Source: Oscillibacter sp. (GTDB lineage Bacteria; Bacillota; Clostridia; Oscillospirales; Oscillospiraceae). Taken from it: DNA of 64,000 nt. This document shows, piece by piece, positions 9,721-18,567 of this stretch. The DNA is taken from positions 72,618-136,617 of the forward strand of contig NZ_DALZOY010000001.1 of the NCBI RefSeq assembly GCF_032018205.1, read 5' to 3'. The position numbers and the translations under genes are program-made. The notes beneath the pieces are model-generated. The model was not told the origin of the DNA and did no database searches. It saw nothing but the letters and a program-made list of their open reading frames with translations. The stretch's first letter is position 1. Every line of letters begins with the position of its first letter.

Positions 9721-10089
9721 ATGATTGACAGGATATCTCCCCTGCAAAACGGCGGATTTTCCGCAAAAACTTCTGCCGCCAAGGCGGAACAGACCTCCTT
9801 CGGAGCGGAGCTTTTGCAGCGCCAGCGGGAGAGCCAACCCGTCGCATTTTCTAAGCACGCCCGTGAGCGGGCGGAACAACGCGGCATCTCCGTGGACGAA
9901 CAACTGATGGATCGGTTGAGCGACACGGTGGAAAAAGCTCAGGCCAAGGGCGCAAACAACATTCTGGCTTTTGACACCACCCGGGCATTTATCATCAACG
10001 TTCCCAACGGGCGGGTCATCACCGCCATGTCTCCTGAGGAGATGAAAGAAAACATTTTTACAAACATTGACGGCGCCGTGATCCTGTAA
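9721..10089 (+). CDS. Small conserved flagellar operon protein (the family found between flgD and flgE in Firmicutes)
   Basis: ATG at 9721 after an AAAGGAG RBS. FSKHARERAEQRGISVDEQLMDRLSDTVEKAQAKGANNILAF resembles the flgD-flgE intervening flagellar operon protein family. Function is unknown. Confidence 0.7.
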   Translation: MIDRISPLQNGGFSAKTSAAKAEQTSFGAELLQRQRESQPVAFSKHARERAEQRGISVDEQLMDRLSDTVEKAQAKGANNILAFDTTRAFIINVPNGRVITAMSPEEMKENIFTNIDGAVIL

Positions 10090-10174
10090 AACAGAGAGCA
10101 GGACCGGAAGGATGCTCTGGGGAGGGTCCGATTGACCAGTCCCCGGCGGCGCCGACCGAAAGGAGTTATTTTCC

Positions 10175-11257
10175 ATGACAGGTGCAATGTATTCCGCGAT
10201 TGCGGGCCTGAAGGCCCACATGAACAAGCTCAGCGTCATCGGCAACAATATTGCCAACATCAATACCCCTGCCTATAAGAAGGCGCAGACCCTTTTCAGC
10301 GAAGCGATTTACACCACGCTTTCCGCCGGTTCCAACGGCACGACGAAGGTGGGCGGCGTGAACCCCTCTCAGGTGGGCTACGGCGTGAGCATCGGCTCCA
10401 TTTCCATGGACATGAGCACCGCCAACTTTAATGCTGACGGTGACTCTATGCACTGCATGATTATGGGTGACGGATTTTTCCTCACAGGGCAAAAGCCCGG
10501 TGTGACCGCCTCCAACACGCTGACGGAGACCGATGCCCAGAATCTGGAGTTGAGCCGCGTGGGTGACTTTAAGTTTGACTCTCAGGGCTATCTGGTGGAT
10601 GGCCGGGGCAATGTGATTTACGGCTGGGTTACTACTTCCGGGAACGAAACGGCGGGAGCGATTGTCGACGCGGACAATCCAAAGACCAGCGGACAGTTGG
10701 TGCCCATCCGCCTGCCTATGGCAGCAAGCCAAACCTATCCCGGAGGCACTGTTACCGCCGGAACGGCGATTTATCCCGGAATCGAAACAACAGGTGGCAT
10801 GAATGTGTATCCGGCTGCCACAGAGGAGCTGTCGCCCGCATCCATTGACAGCATTGCCATTGACAAGGCCACCGGCAAAATCACCGGCAACATGAAAGAC
10901 GGCGGCGCGCCTGTGGTGGTTGGCTATATCGCGCTGGCAAACGTGGCCAATCCCAGCGGCGTCACCCGTATAGACAACGGCTATTACAAGGCCGGAGAAG
11001 GATCTGGAAAATGCACCGCCGTCTCCATCGGCGGCGCGGTGACGGCCAAGGTCAATAACAGCACGGACCCGGATGCTAAGTCCATCCAAAGCGCCGGAAC
11101 CACCACATTGCAGGACGGCGGCCTGGAATCCTCGGGCACCGACCTTGCCACTGAAATTGCCGAAATGATTACTACCCAGCGCGGGTATCAGGCCAACACG
11201 CGCATTATCACCGTCACCGACTCCATGCTGGAGGAACTGGTGAACATGAAGCGCTAA
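10175..11257 (+). CDS. flgE: Flagellar hook protein FlgE
   Basis: N terminus MYSAIAGLKAHMNKLSVIGNNIANINTPAYK and C terminus GLESSGTDLATEIAEMITTQRGYQANTRIITVTDSMLEELVNM are hook/rod family termini. 360 aa. Confidence 0.9.
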   Translation: MTGAMYSAIAGLKAHMNKLSVIGNNIANINTPAYKKAQTLFSEAIYTTLSAGSNGTTKVGGVNPSQVGYGVSIGSISMDMSTANFNADGDSMHCMIMGDGFFLTGQKPGVTASNTLTETDAQNLELSRVGDFKFDSQGYLVDGRGNVIYGWVTTSGNETAGAIVDADNPKTSGQLVPIRLPMAASQTYPGGTVTAGTAIYPGIETTGGMNVYPAATEELSPASIDSIAIDKATGKITGNMKDGGAPVVVGYIALANVANPSGVTRIDNGYYKAGEGSGKCTAVSIGGAVTAKVNNSTDPDAKSIQSAGTTTLQDGGLESSGTDLATEIAEMITTQRGYQANTRIITVTDSMLEELVNMKR

Positions 11258-11297
11258 TTTTCGGAAACGAAACCTCATGAAACCTAACGGCGCGCCG

Positions 11298-11326
11298 CCG
11301 GACACGGGGAAGCCCCCCGTGTCCGG
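11298..11326 (+). promoter_or_regulatory. GC-rich intra-operon stem-loop after flgE
   Basis: CCGGACACGGGG / CCCCGTGTCCGG form a 12-bp perfect stem with a 5-nt loop. There is no U-run, so this is not a clean terminator. It may be a processing or stability element. Confidence 0.4.
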
Positions 11327-11355
11327 GGTACGCCGGTGATTGGAAGGAGAAGCGT

Positions 11356-11571
11356 ATGATTGTCTTGACAAAGATGAACAGCGACAGGTTTTTGGTGAAC
11401 CACCTGCAAATCGAGTGCATCGAGCTGATCCCCGAGACAAAAATCGTGATGATGAACCGCAGCTACTATCTGGTGCGGGAAACGGCAGAGGAAATCGTGC
11501 GCAAAATCGCGGAGTACAACGCCAAGGTGCAGGATATCTCCCGCGCGGTGAGAGTAATCGGTCAGCGCTGA
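11356..11571 (+). CDS. flbD: Flagellar protein FlbD
   Basis: MIVLTKMNSDRFLVNHLQIECIELIPETKIVMMNRSYYLVRETAEEIV is a typical FlbD sequence. It precedes motA. Confidence 0.85.
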   Translation: MIVLTKMNSDRFLVNHLQIECIELIPETKIVMMNRSYYLVRETAEEIVRKIAEYNAKVQDISRAVRVIGQR

Positions 11572-11724
11572 GGAAAAAACGCAGCGCTTTCGGGTTTCTA
11601 CGGGGCCGACCTGATCCGTGCGCACGGAAGCCGCGCGTCTTTGGTGCGCGGGGATCAGGTAGGCGCTTATAAAAATCGGGCGGCGGCGCGGGTGCGCCCT
11701 TTGCCCGGCAGGGGTGAGAAACAG

Positions 11725-12576
11725 ATGAATATAACCTATATTATCGGCACGGTAGTGGCCATGGGCATTATGATCGCGGGCATGATGTTCTCCAGCGACG
11801 CCAGCGGTTTTGTCTTTGAGCCGGGGCAGGTCATGAACTTTCTGGATCCGGCCAGTGTTCTGATTACCATTGGCTGCACGTTTGCGGTGGTGGTGGCCAG
11901 CTTTCCGCCAAAAATGCTGAAGAATTTACCTCGGCATTTCCGGATTATGCTGAACACCAAGAAGTACGACCCTATGTATTACATTGATCAACTGGTGGAG
12001 CTGGCGCAGGTGGCCCGGAAAAACGGACTTTTGGCGCTGGAAGAAAAGGCCAATGCGCAGGACGACCCGTTTTTCAAGCAGGCCATTATGCTGATTGTGG
12101 ACGCCAACGACGCCGACAAGGTGCGGGGCATTCTCAATAACGACATCGAATGCATGTCCGCCCGCCACGACGGCGTGGCAGGAATGTATGAGCGCGGTTC
12201 CTCCGTGGCCCCAGCCTTCGGCATGGTGGGCACGCTGGTGGGTCTTATTAACATGCTGAAGAACATGAATCTCTCCGGAGACGGCGGCTCATCCAGCATC
12301 GGCTCCGACATGGGAACGGCCCTGATTACCACGCTGTACGGCTGCGTGCTGGCCCATATGATTTTCAATCCCATCGCCTCCAACCTGCGCACACGGGACG
12401 AGGAGGAGGTGCTCTGCAAGATGATTATTGTAGAGGGCATCATGTCGATCCAATCCGGCGAAAATCCCAAGTCCCTGCGGGAAAAACTGCTGACTTTCGT
12501 GGACCAGAATAAGCGCGAAGAAGGCGGCGCAAAGGGCGAGAAAAAGAGCCGGGGCAAGAAGAAAAACGAGGAATGA
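11725..12576 (+). CDS. motA: Flagellar motor stator protein MotA
   Basis: ORF 11641..12576 with the likely ATG at 11725. MotA/TolQ/ExbB channel region SSVAPAFGMVGTLVGLINML...ALITTLYGCVLAHMIFNPI. Confidence 0.9.
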   Translation: MNITYIIGTVVAMGIMIAGMMFSSDASGFVFEPGQVMNFLDPASVLITIGCTFAVVVASFPPKMLKNLPRHFRIMLNTKKYDPMYYIDQLVELAQVARKNGLLALEEKANAQDDPFFKQAIMLIVDANDADKVRGILNNDIECMSARHDGVAGMYERGSSVAPAFGMVGTLVGLINMLKNMNLSGDGGSSSIGSDMGTALITTLYGCVLAHMIFNPIASNLRTRDEEEVLCKMIIVEGIMSIQSGENPKSLREKLLTFVDQNKREEGGAKGEKKSRGKKKNEE

Positions 12577-12606
12577 TTTGGAGAAACACGAGGGGGTGAG
12601 CGGTAT

Positions 12607-13434
12607 ATGAAAAAGAGAAAGAGCGATGGCGGAGCAAGCTGGATGGACACCTATGGTGACATGGTGACGCTGTTGCTGTGCTTTTTTGTGTTGCTGTACT
12701 CCATGTCCACCATCGACCAACAGAAGTGGGTGCAGTTGGTGCAGAGCTTCAACCCCGATGCGACACACGAAGTTACGGAAAACAGCGGCAACAACGGTCA
12801 GCTTGCGGACCCCACCACTCCGGTGGATGGCGAACAGTCCGACAGCAGCCTGACACAGGCACAGATTGTGGCCTCCATTGAGCAGCTTTATCAGGATTTA
12901 AAGTCCTATGTCGCCCAGCAGGGCGCGGCGGAAAACATATCCGTCACCAAAGGCGATGGATATGTTTTCATCTCCTTTAACGATGCCGTGTTTTTTGACG
13001 GCGACAGCTATGTTCTGCGGCAGGATGGTAAAGAGGTTCTGGAGGACGTAGGCATGATCGTTGGGAAGGCCAGCCTCGCCATCGACGAGCTGCGGGTTCT
13101 GGGCCATACGGCACAGGGCGACCCCGGAAAGCCCAACAATCCAACGGTAGACCGGTTTTTGTCTTCTGACCGGGCCGCGGTGGTGCTGATTTACTTGCAG
13201 GAAATGGACATTCTGGACCCTGCCCGGATGATCAGCATGGGCTATGGGCAATTCCGCCCCGTGGCGGATAACGCGACCCGGGAGGGCCGGGCCAAAAACC
13301 GCCGGGTGGAGCTGATTGTTACTGGTAAAGACCTGACCAGCACCCTGGGCGATCAGATTGAGCAGTATTACACAGAGCGGGGAACGGAGTCGCCCGCTTC
13401 CACCGAAGCACAAGGAGACGGGACCGCCGCGTAA
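12607..13434 (+). CDS. motB: Flagellar motor stator protein MotB (OmpA-like C-terminal domain)
   Basis: WMDTYGDMVTLLLCFFVLLYSMS is the TM segment with the conserved Asp. The C terminus carries OmpA-type FRPVADNATREGRAKNRRVELIV. Confidence 0.9.
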   Translation: MKKRKSDGGASWMDTYGDMVTLLLCFFVLLYSMSTIDQQKWVQLVQSFNPDATHEVTENSGNNGQLADPTTPVDGEQSDSSLTQAQIVASIEQLYQDLKSYVAQQGAAENISVTKGDGYVFISFNDAVFFDGDSYVLRQDGKEVLEDVGMIVGKASLAIDELRVLGHTAQGDPGKPNNPTVDRFLSSDRAAVVLIYLQEMDILDPARMISMGYGQFRPVADNATREGRAKNRRVELIVTGKDLTSTLGDQIEQYYTERGTESPASTEAQGDGTAA

Positions 13435-13492
13435 TGACCCGCAATGATATGGCCGCTTCGAGGCGGCAGATGAGAATATATGGGAGAGGGGG

Positions 13493-14518
13493 ATGCCGAT
13501 GTCGGAGGTGCTTTCACAAAGCCAAATCGACGCGCTACTCAGCGCGGCGCGAAGCGGGGATAAGATTGAAACCGAGGAAGACACGTCGAAGGATAGAAAA
13601 TACAGGAAGTACGACTTTCGTAGCCCCCGCAAATTTACCAAGGACCGGCTGAAAATGCTGGACAGCATTTTTGAAAATTATTCGAGAAATCTGAATTCCC
13701 GCATCAACGGCCTGATGCACACAAGCTGCGAAATCAACGTGGAATCCGCCGAGGAGCAGCGATATTATGAGTTTTCCAACGCCCTGATTGAGGGCGATGT
13801 TCTGGCGCTGGCCTATATCAAATACGGGGAGGTGCTGGAAGATACTCCGGCGCTGCTGCACATCAGCAAGCCGCTGCTGCTGAGCATGATCGACAGGATG
13901 ATGGGCGGCGAGGGCGAGGTGGACGATGAGTTGGACCCGGAGTACACGTTTACCGATCTGGAGCTGAAGATTCTGGAGGGCCTGAGCGAGTATTTTGTGG
14001 AGAACCTGGGCGAGAGCTGGCAGAATTACATTCAGCTTGAGTTTCAGTACGGGCGCGTGGAGCCAAATCCCACGATGATTCAACCTCTGGGACTGGATGA
14101 AATCGTGGTCATCATGGATTTGACGGCAAAATTTCCAAACTGCGACGGGCATATAAGCGTGTGCCTTCCCGGCATGGTGCTGACCAATGTTTTCAGTGAA
14201 ATCAGCCGCCTTAACACGGCCCATAAAAGTCAGGACGAGGCGGCGGGGAAAGAGATTTTCGAGTCTCTGAAAACCACGGAGATCGATCTGATTGCGGAAA
14301 TCTGCCGCACAAAGCTCCAGCTTAGCGACATCTACCACCTGAACGTGGGAGACGTGATTGATTTGAAGCGGCCCAAAAACTCGGCGGTTCATATCAACAT
14401 CGGCGGGCGGCGCTGGTTTGACGGCGTGATGGGAATACACAACAAAAACATGGCGGTCAAAATAGGAAGGACCTATTACGGGCCGGAGGGAAGGAACGTC
14501 GAACAGGATGGCAGATAA
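13493..14518 (+). CDS. fliM: Flagellar motor switch protein FliM
   Basis: N-terminal CheY-P docking peptide SEVLSQSQIDALLS (alternative ATG at 13499). FliM middle domain and C-terminal SpoA-like domain (LNVGDVIDLKRP...). Confidence 0.95.
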   Translation: MPMSEVLSQSQIDALLSAARSGDKIETEEDTSKDRKYRKYDFRSPRKFTKDRLKMLDSIFENYSRNLNSRINGLMHTSCEINVESAEEQRYYEFSNALIEGDVLALAYIKYGEVLEDTPALLHISKPLLLSMIDRMMGGEGEVDDELDPEYTFTDLELKILEGLSEYFVENLGESWQNYIQLEFQYGRVEPNPTMIQPLGLDEIVVIMDLTAKFPNCDGHISVCLPGMVLTNVFSEISRLNTAHKSQDEAAGKEIFESLKTTEIDLIAEICRTKLQLSDIYHLNVGDVIDLKRPKNSAVHINIGGRRWFDGVMGIHNKNMAVKIGRTYYGPEGRNVEQDGR

Positions 14519-15989
14519 CATTTTTAACTCCATGGAGCTGGACGCAATCGGGGAAGTGATGAACATCAGCCTCGGTTCCTCCGCCACGGCGGTGTCCAAC
14601 CTGCTGGATCATCGGGTGGAAATCACCACACCCAGAGTCAGCGTATCCGATGTGGCAGATTTTAATATTGCCGATCTGGAACCTGCCGTGGGCGTGGAGA
14701 TTCGCTACATATCCGGCTTGGTGGGCAGCAATATCATGCTGCTGCGCCGCAGCGATGTGAAAGTGATCGTGGATATTCTGATGGGCTCGGAGACGCCGGA
14801 CGAAGAGTTTGAGATGAACGAGCTTACCATCAGCGCGGTGTGCGAGGTCATGAACCAGATGATGGGAGCGGCTTCCACGGCCCTGTCTGACTTTCTGGGG
14901 ATTCCGGTAAACATTTCTACACCGGAGTCATTTGAACTGCAAGATTTTGACCAATTTAAAAAAGAGCACTTTCCCATGACGGACGGTAAATGCGTGGTTG
15001 TGCGCTTCATGCTGAAAATCGACAGCGTGCTGCAAAGCGAATTTATCAATGTCATGTCCGTGGATTTGACAAGGGAACTGCTCTCAGGCCTTGGACTTGG
15101 CGAGGATGAGGACGCGGCGCCTCCGGAATCCACTTCCTCGGATCAACTGGCAGCACCACTGGAAGGCGGCCCAAAGCTGAGCCAGTCGGAAATAGAAAAG
15201 CTGATGAGCAGTGCGCAGACCGCTCCGCCTCCGGCTCCTGCCGCCTCCGGCGGCACACTGAGTCAGGATGAAATAGAAAAGCTGATGAGCGGTTCGCAGG
15301 CGGCTCCGTCTCCCGCTCCCGCTGGAGGCGTGATGAGTCAGGCTGAGATTGAAAAGCTGATGAGCGGCGCTCAGGCGGTTCCCAATCCGGCTCCCGGTCC
15401 CGCCGCCTCCGGCGGTACCCTGAATCAGGAGGAAATCGAGCGGTTGATGAGCGGTATGTCGACTCCGGCACAGCCGATTGCCGCCCCACAGCCTCCGATT
15501 CCCCCACAGCCCGCCGCCCCGGCCTATCCCGTTCAGGAGCCTCAGGCCATCCCTGGCGGGGCGCCGCCCATGCCGCCCTATGGACAGTATCCGGGCTATT
15601 ATCCGTCCCAGCCCTATTATCCGGCTCCCGGTCCCGCCCCCGCAGTGCACGCGCCCAGGGTGATTCAATCCGTTCCGGCGGAGATGCCGCACTTTGCAAA
15701 CGGCGAGCCGCTGGATCAGCAGCAGGCGGAAAATCTGGATCTGCTGATGTCGGTTCCTCTGGAGGTTTCCGTGGAGATCGGACGGGCCCGCCGGAAGGTG
15801 CAGGACGTGCTGGCCTTTACCAAAGGGTCACTGGTAATGCTGAACAAGCTGGCAGGCGATCAGGTGGACCTGTTTGTTAACGGACAGTGCATCGCCAAGG
15901 GCGATGTGGTTGTCGTGGATGACAATTTTGGAATCCGCATCACCGAGGTTTTAAAAGCCCCCGATCCCAACGAGCTGGTCAAGGGATAA
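14508..15989 (+). CDS. fliY: Flagellar motor switch phosphatase FliY (CheC-like domain + long repeat linker + FliN domain)
   Basis: Two intact CheC-type motifs, DAIGEVMN-x22-P and SAVCEVMN-x22-P. C-terminal FliN/SpoA domain LEVSVEIGRARRKVQDVLAFTKGSLVMLNKLAGDQVDLFVNGQCIAKGDVVVVDDNFGIRITEV. Confidence 0.9.
   Translation: MADNIFNSMELDAIGEVMNISLGSSATAVSNLLDHRVEITTPRVSVSDVADFNIADLEPAVGVEIRYISGLVGSNIMLLRRSDVKVIVDILMGSETPDEEFEMNELTISAVCEVMNQMMGAASTALSDFLGIPVNISTPESFELQDFDQFKKEHFPMTDGKCVVVRFMLKIDSVLQSEFINVMSVDLTRELLSGLGLGEDEDAAPPESTSSDQLAAPLEGGPKLSQSEIEKLMSSAQTAPPPAPAASGGTLSQDEIEKLMSGSQAAPSPAPAGGVMSQAEIEKLMSGAQAVPNPAPGPAASGGTLNQEEIERLMSGMSTPAQPIAAPQPPIPPQPAAPAYPVQEPQAIPGGAPPMPPYGQYPGYYPSQPYYPAPGPAPAVHAPRVIQSVPAEMPHFANGEPLDQQQAENLDLLMSVPLEVSVEIGRARRKVQDVLAFTKGSLVMLNKLAGDQVDLFVNGQCIAKGDVVVVDDNFGIRITEVLKAPDPNELVKG
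15177..15452 (+). repeat. Four tandem in-frame copies of an 11-aa LSQxEIEKLMS peptide inside fliY
   Basis: LSQSEIEKLMS at 15177-15209, LSQDEIEKLMS at 15258-15290, MSQAEIEKLMS at 15333-15365 and LNQEEIERLMS at 15420-15452. The periods are 81, 75 and 87 nt. Read directly from sequence and translation. Confidence 0.95.
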
Positions 15990-16050
15990 ATTCCATGACC
16001 CGCGCTGGGAAACTGAAAATAAAACAGATTCAGAAAAAGGAAGGTTTAAC

Positions 16051-16416
16051 ATGGCTAAGATTTTAGTGGTTGACGACGCAGCATTTATGCGCAAGGTCAT
16101 TAAGGACACTCTTTCCAAGAACGGATATACCGAGCTGTTTGAAGCGGTGGACGGTGCGGACGCCGTGGAGAAATATGGGGAGATTCACCCCGATCTGGTC
16201 ATCATGGATATCACCATGCCCAATATGGACGGGCTGGAAGCCCTGAAAACCATTCGCGGCAAGGACGGCAACGCCAATGTGGTCATGTGCTCCGCTATGG
16301 GACAGGAGAGCATGGTCATCGACGCGGTGCGTTCCGGCGCAAAGGATTTCATTGTCAAGCCCTTTAAGGCTGACCGCGTGCTTAAGACGGTGAACTCCAT
16401 CATCGGTAATCCCTGA
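16051..16416 (+). CDS. cheY: Chemotaxis response regulator CheY
   Basis: 121-aa stand-alone receiver: ILVVDDAAFMR...DLVIMDITMPNMDG...SAMGQ...KDFIVKPF. Confidence 0.95.
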   Translation: MAKILVVDDAAFMRKVIKDTLSKNGYTELFEAVDGADAVEKYGEIHPDLVIMDITMPNMDGLEALKTIRGKDGNANVVMCSAMGQESMVIDAVRSGAKDFIVKPFKADRVLKTVNSIIGNP

Positions 16417-16419
16417 TTT

Positions 16420-16803
16420 ATGCAGTGGGAGGAAATCGGCACTCTTTTGGGGATGCTGGCGGCTGTCCTCGGCGTGCTGGTTCTCGCATGGCTGTTTACC
16501 CGATATCTGGCGGGGCACGCGCCGGGGCTTGGCGGCTTTTTGCCCGGAAGAAGCGGAAAACTCCGGCTGTTGGAGCGTCTGCCGCTGGGACGGGAGCAGT
16601 CCCTTGTGATGGTTCGGGTGGGCGAAACCGTTCTCCTTCTGGGCGTCACTGGCAGAGAGATTTCTCTTTTGCGGGAGCTGAGCGCCGAGGAAGCGGAGGC
16701 GTGGGACAGCGCGGCGCAGACCGCGTCGCCCGTTGCTGGGGCAGAGGCCCCGATTCCCTTCCGGGATGCACTGCGGGAAGTTTTGAAACAGAGAAAGAAG
16801 TAG
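16420..16803 (+). CDS. fliO: Flagellar biosynthesis protein FliO/FliZ
   Basis: Single N-terminal TM (LLGMLAAVLGVLVLAWLF) and the FliO-type core LGREQSLVMVRVGETVLLLGVTGREISLL. It lies immediately upstream of fliP. Confidence 0.7.
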   Translation: MQWEEIGTLLGMLAAVLGVLVLAWLFTRYLAGHAPGLGGFLPGRSGKLRLLERLPLGREQSLVMVRVGETVLLLGVTGREISLLRELSAEEAEAWDSAAQTASPVAGAEAPIPFRDALREVLKQRKK

Positions 16804-16815
16804 GAGGAGCATAAC

Positions 16816-17484
16816 GTGACGGACGCACTGGTCAATGTCAACGGGGACAACGTACAGGCCCTCCAAATTCTTTTCCTGACCACGATGATGACTCTGCTGC
16901 CCTCGCTGCTGGTGATGATGACGTCCTTTACCCGGTATATCATCACATTTTCCTTTCTGCGCACGGCGATGGGAACGCAGCAGACCCCGCCTAACGTGGT
17001 GCTGATTGGGGTGGCGCTGTTTTTAACGATGTTTACCATGAACCCTGTGTTTACCACCATCAAGACCGAGGCATACGACCCCTATGTGGCGGAGGAAATC
17101 GGGCAGGAGGAATTTCTTGACCGGGCGCAGGTTCCGCTGAAGGATTTTATGCTGAGAAACACTGAAACCTCTTCCCTGAACCTGTTCTGCGATTTGGACG
17201 GGGCTGTGGACCGGCCTGCGGATGAGGCCGCGGCCAAGGCGCTGCCGATGCATGTTGTGGTGCCCTCCTTTATGACCAGCGAGCTGAAGCGGGCCTTTGA
17301 GATTGGGTTTCTGGTCTACATTCCATTTATGCTGATCGACGTGGTGGTGGCCTCCGCGCTGATGTCCATGGGTATGATCATGCTGCCCCCGTCCATGATT
17401 TCAACGCCCTTCAAGCTGCTTTTGTTTATCGTGCTCAACGGCTGGGAACTGGTGTTCTCAACGCTGGTACAGGGATTCCACTAG
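16816..17484 (+). CDS. fliP: Flagellar export apparatus protein FliP
   Basis: LLVMMTSFTRYIITFSFLRTAMGTQQTPPNVVLIGVALFLTMFTM and FMTSELKRAFEIGFLVYIPFMLIDVVVASALMSMGM are FliP signatures. Confidence 0.95.
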   Translation: MTDALVNVNGDNVQALQILFLTTMMTLLPSLLVMMTSFTRYIITFSFLRTAMGTQQTPPNVVLIGVALFLTMFTMNPVFTTIKTEAYDPYVAEEIGQEEFLDRAQVPLKDFMLRNTETSSLNLFCDLDGAVDRPADEAAAKALPMHVVVPSFMTSELKRAFEIGFLVYIPFMLIDVVVASALMSMGMIMLPPSMISTPFKLLLFIVLNGWELVFSTLVQGFH

Positions 17485-17498
17485 AAAGGGGCGATGGC

Positions 17499-17753
17499 AT
17501 GGAACTGAATGCGGGCGAGGTGCTCCGGCAGGGTGTTTTCGTGGTGATCCGTCTGGCGGGTCCCATGCTCATCCTGAGCATGATAGTGGGCGTGCTGGTG
17601 GCCATTTTTCAGGCCGTCACACAGATTCACGACCAGACGCTGGGCTTTGTTTTGAAGCTGGTGGTCATTGGGCTGGTGCTGTTTATCGGCGGCGGCTGGA
17701 TGATGAACACGCTGGTGGATTACAGTCGGTATCTGTTCACGCTGATGTTGTAA
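17499..17753 (+). CDS. fliQ: Flagellar export apparatus protein FliQ
   Basis: 84 aa with two TM segments. GPMLILSMIVGVLVAIFQAVTQIHDQTLGFVLKL is FliQ-like. Confidence 0.9.
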   Translation: MELNAGEVLRQGVFVVIRLAGPMLILSMIVGVLVAIFQAVTQIHDQTLGFVLKLVVIGLVLFIGGGWMMNTLVDYSRYLFTLML

Positions 17754-17766
17754 GGCGGGGCGCGGC

Positions 17767-18537
17767 ATGATCGACTGGGGCAGGCTTACGCTGCTGTTTT
17801 ACATTCTGATGCGGATGAGCGGCTTTGTAATGTTCAATCCGCTGCTGGGACGGCGAAATATTCCCGGCATGATCCGGGCGGGCCTTACGCTGGTGCTGAC
17901 GTGGTTCGTTGCCTCGTTTACGAAGGGAACCGCCCCCGTGCCGGTGCATCTGGTTGAGTTTGCCGTCCGGCTGCTGCTGGAGCTGGGCGTTGGCTTTATG
18001 GTGGGAATGGCGGTGCAGTTTTTCATTTACCTCATCCCCCAGCAGGCGGGCGAAATCATAGATAACCAGATGGGCATGTCCATGTCCAAGGAATACGACC
18101 CCGCTTCCAACATTTCCATGTCCGTCAGCGGTACGCTGTTTACCATTTTGATGACTCTGCTATTTTTCGCGGCAAACGGACACAACACCCTTCTGCGCAT
18201 CCTGCTGACCTCCGGAGAGATCATCCCCTTTGGGCAGGCGGCGCTGGGACAGGCCGCCATGCAGGCGGGGATAGAACTGTTTATTGAGTGCTTTGTGCTG
18301 GGAGTGAAGCTGGCAATTCCAATTTTGGCGGCGGAGCTGCTGGGACAGATTGGAATGGGCGTTTTAATGAAGGTCATTCCGCAGATCAACGTGTTTTCCA
18401 TCAACATCGAGCTGAAGGTCATTATCGGACTGGTGCTGCTGATGCTGTTTATGTCGCCCATCAGCGAATTTCTGCTGCGGGCGGAAAATCAAATGCTGGT
18501 TGCTGTGCGGGAAACGCTGACGGTGCTGGCCCCTTAA
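17767..18537 (+). CDS. fliR: Flagellar export apparatus protein FliR
   Basis: Polytopic 256-aa protein in the fliP-fliQ-fliR-flhB order. Confidence 0.9.
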   Translation: MIDWGRLTLLFYILMRMSGFVMFNPLLGRRNIPGMIRAGLTLVLTWFVASFTKGTAPVPVHLVEFAVRLLLELGVGFMVGMAVQFFIYLIPQQAGEIIDNQMGMSMSKEYDPASNISMSVSGTLFTILMTLLFFAANGHNTLLRILLTSGEIIPFGQAALGQAAMQAGIELFIECFVLGVKLAIPILAAELLGQIGMGVLMKVIPQINVFSINIELKVIIGLVLLMLFMSPISEFLLRAENQMLVAVRETLTVLAP

Positions 18538-18567
18538 AAGGGGGGATGGCAAAAGGGGGGAACGTCT

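Noticed and set aside
16425-16814. The alternative-frame 129-aa ORF overlapping fliO.
   Set aside because: It is Arg/Gly-rich with no TM segment. The 16420 frame gives the expected FliO TM segment plus conserved core.
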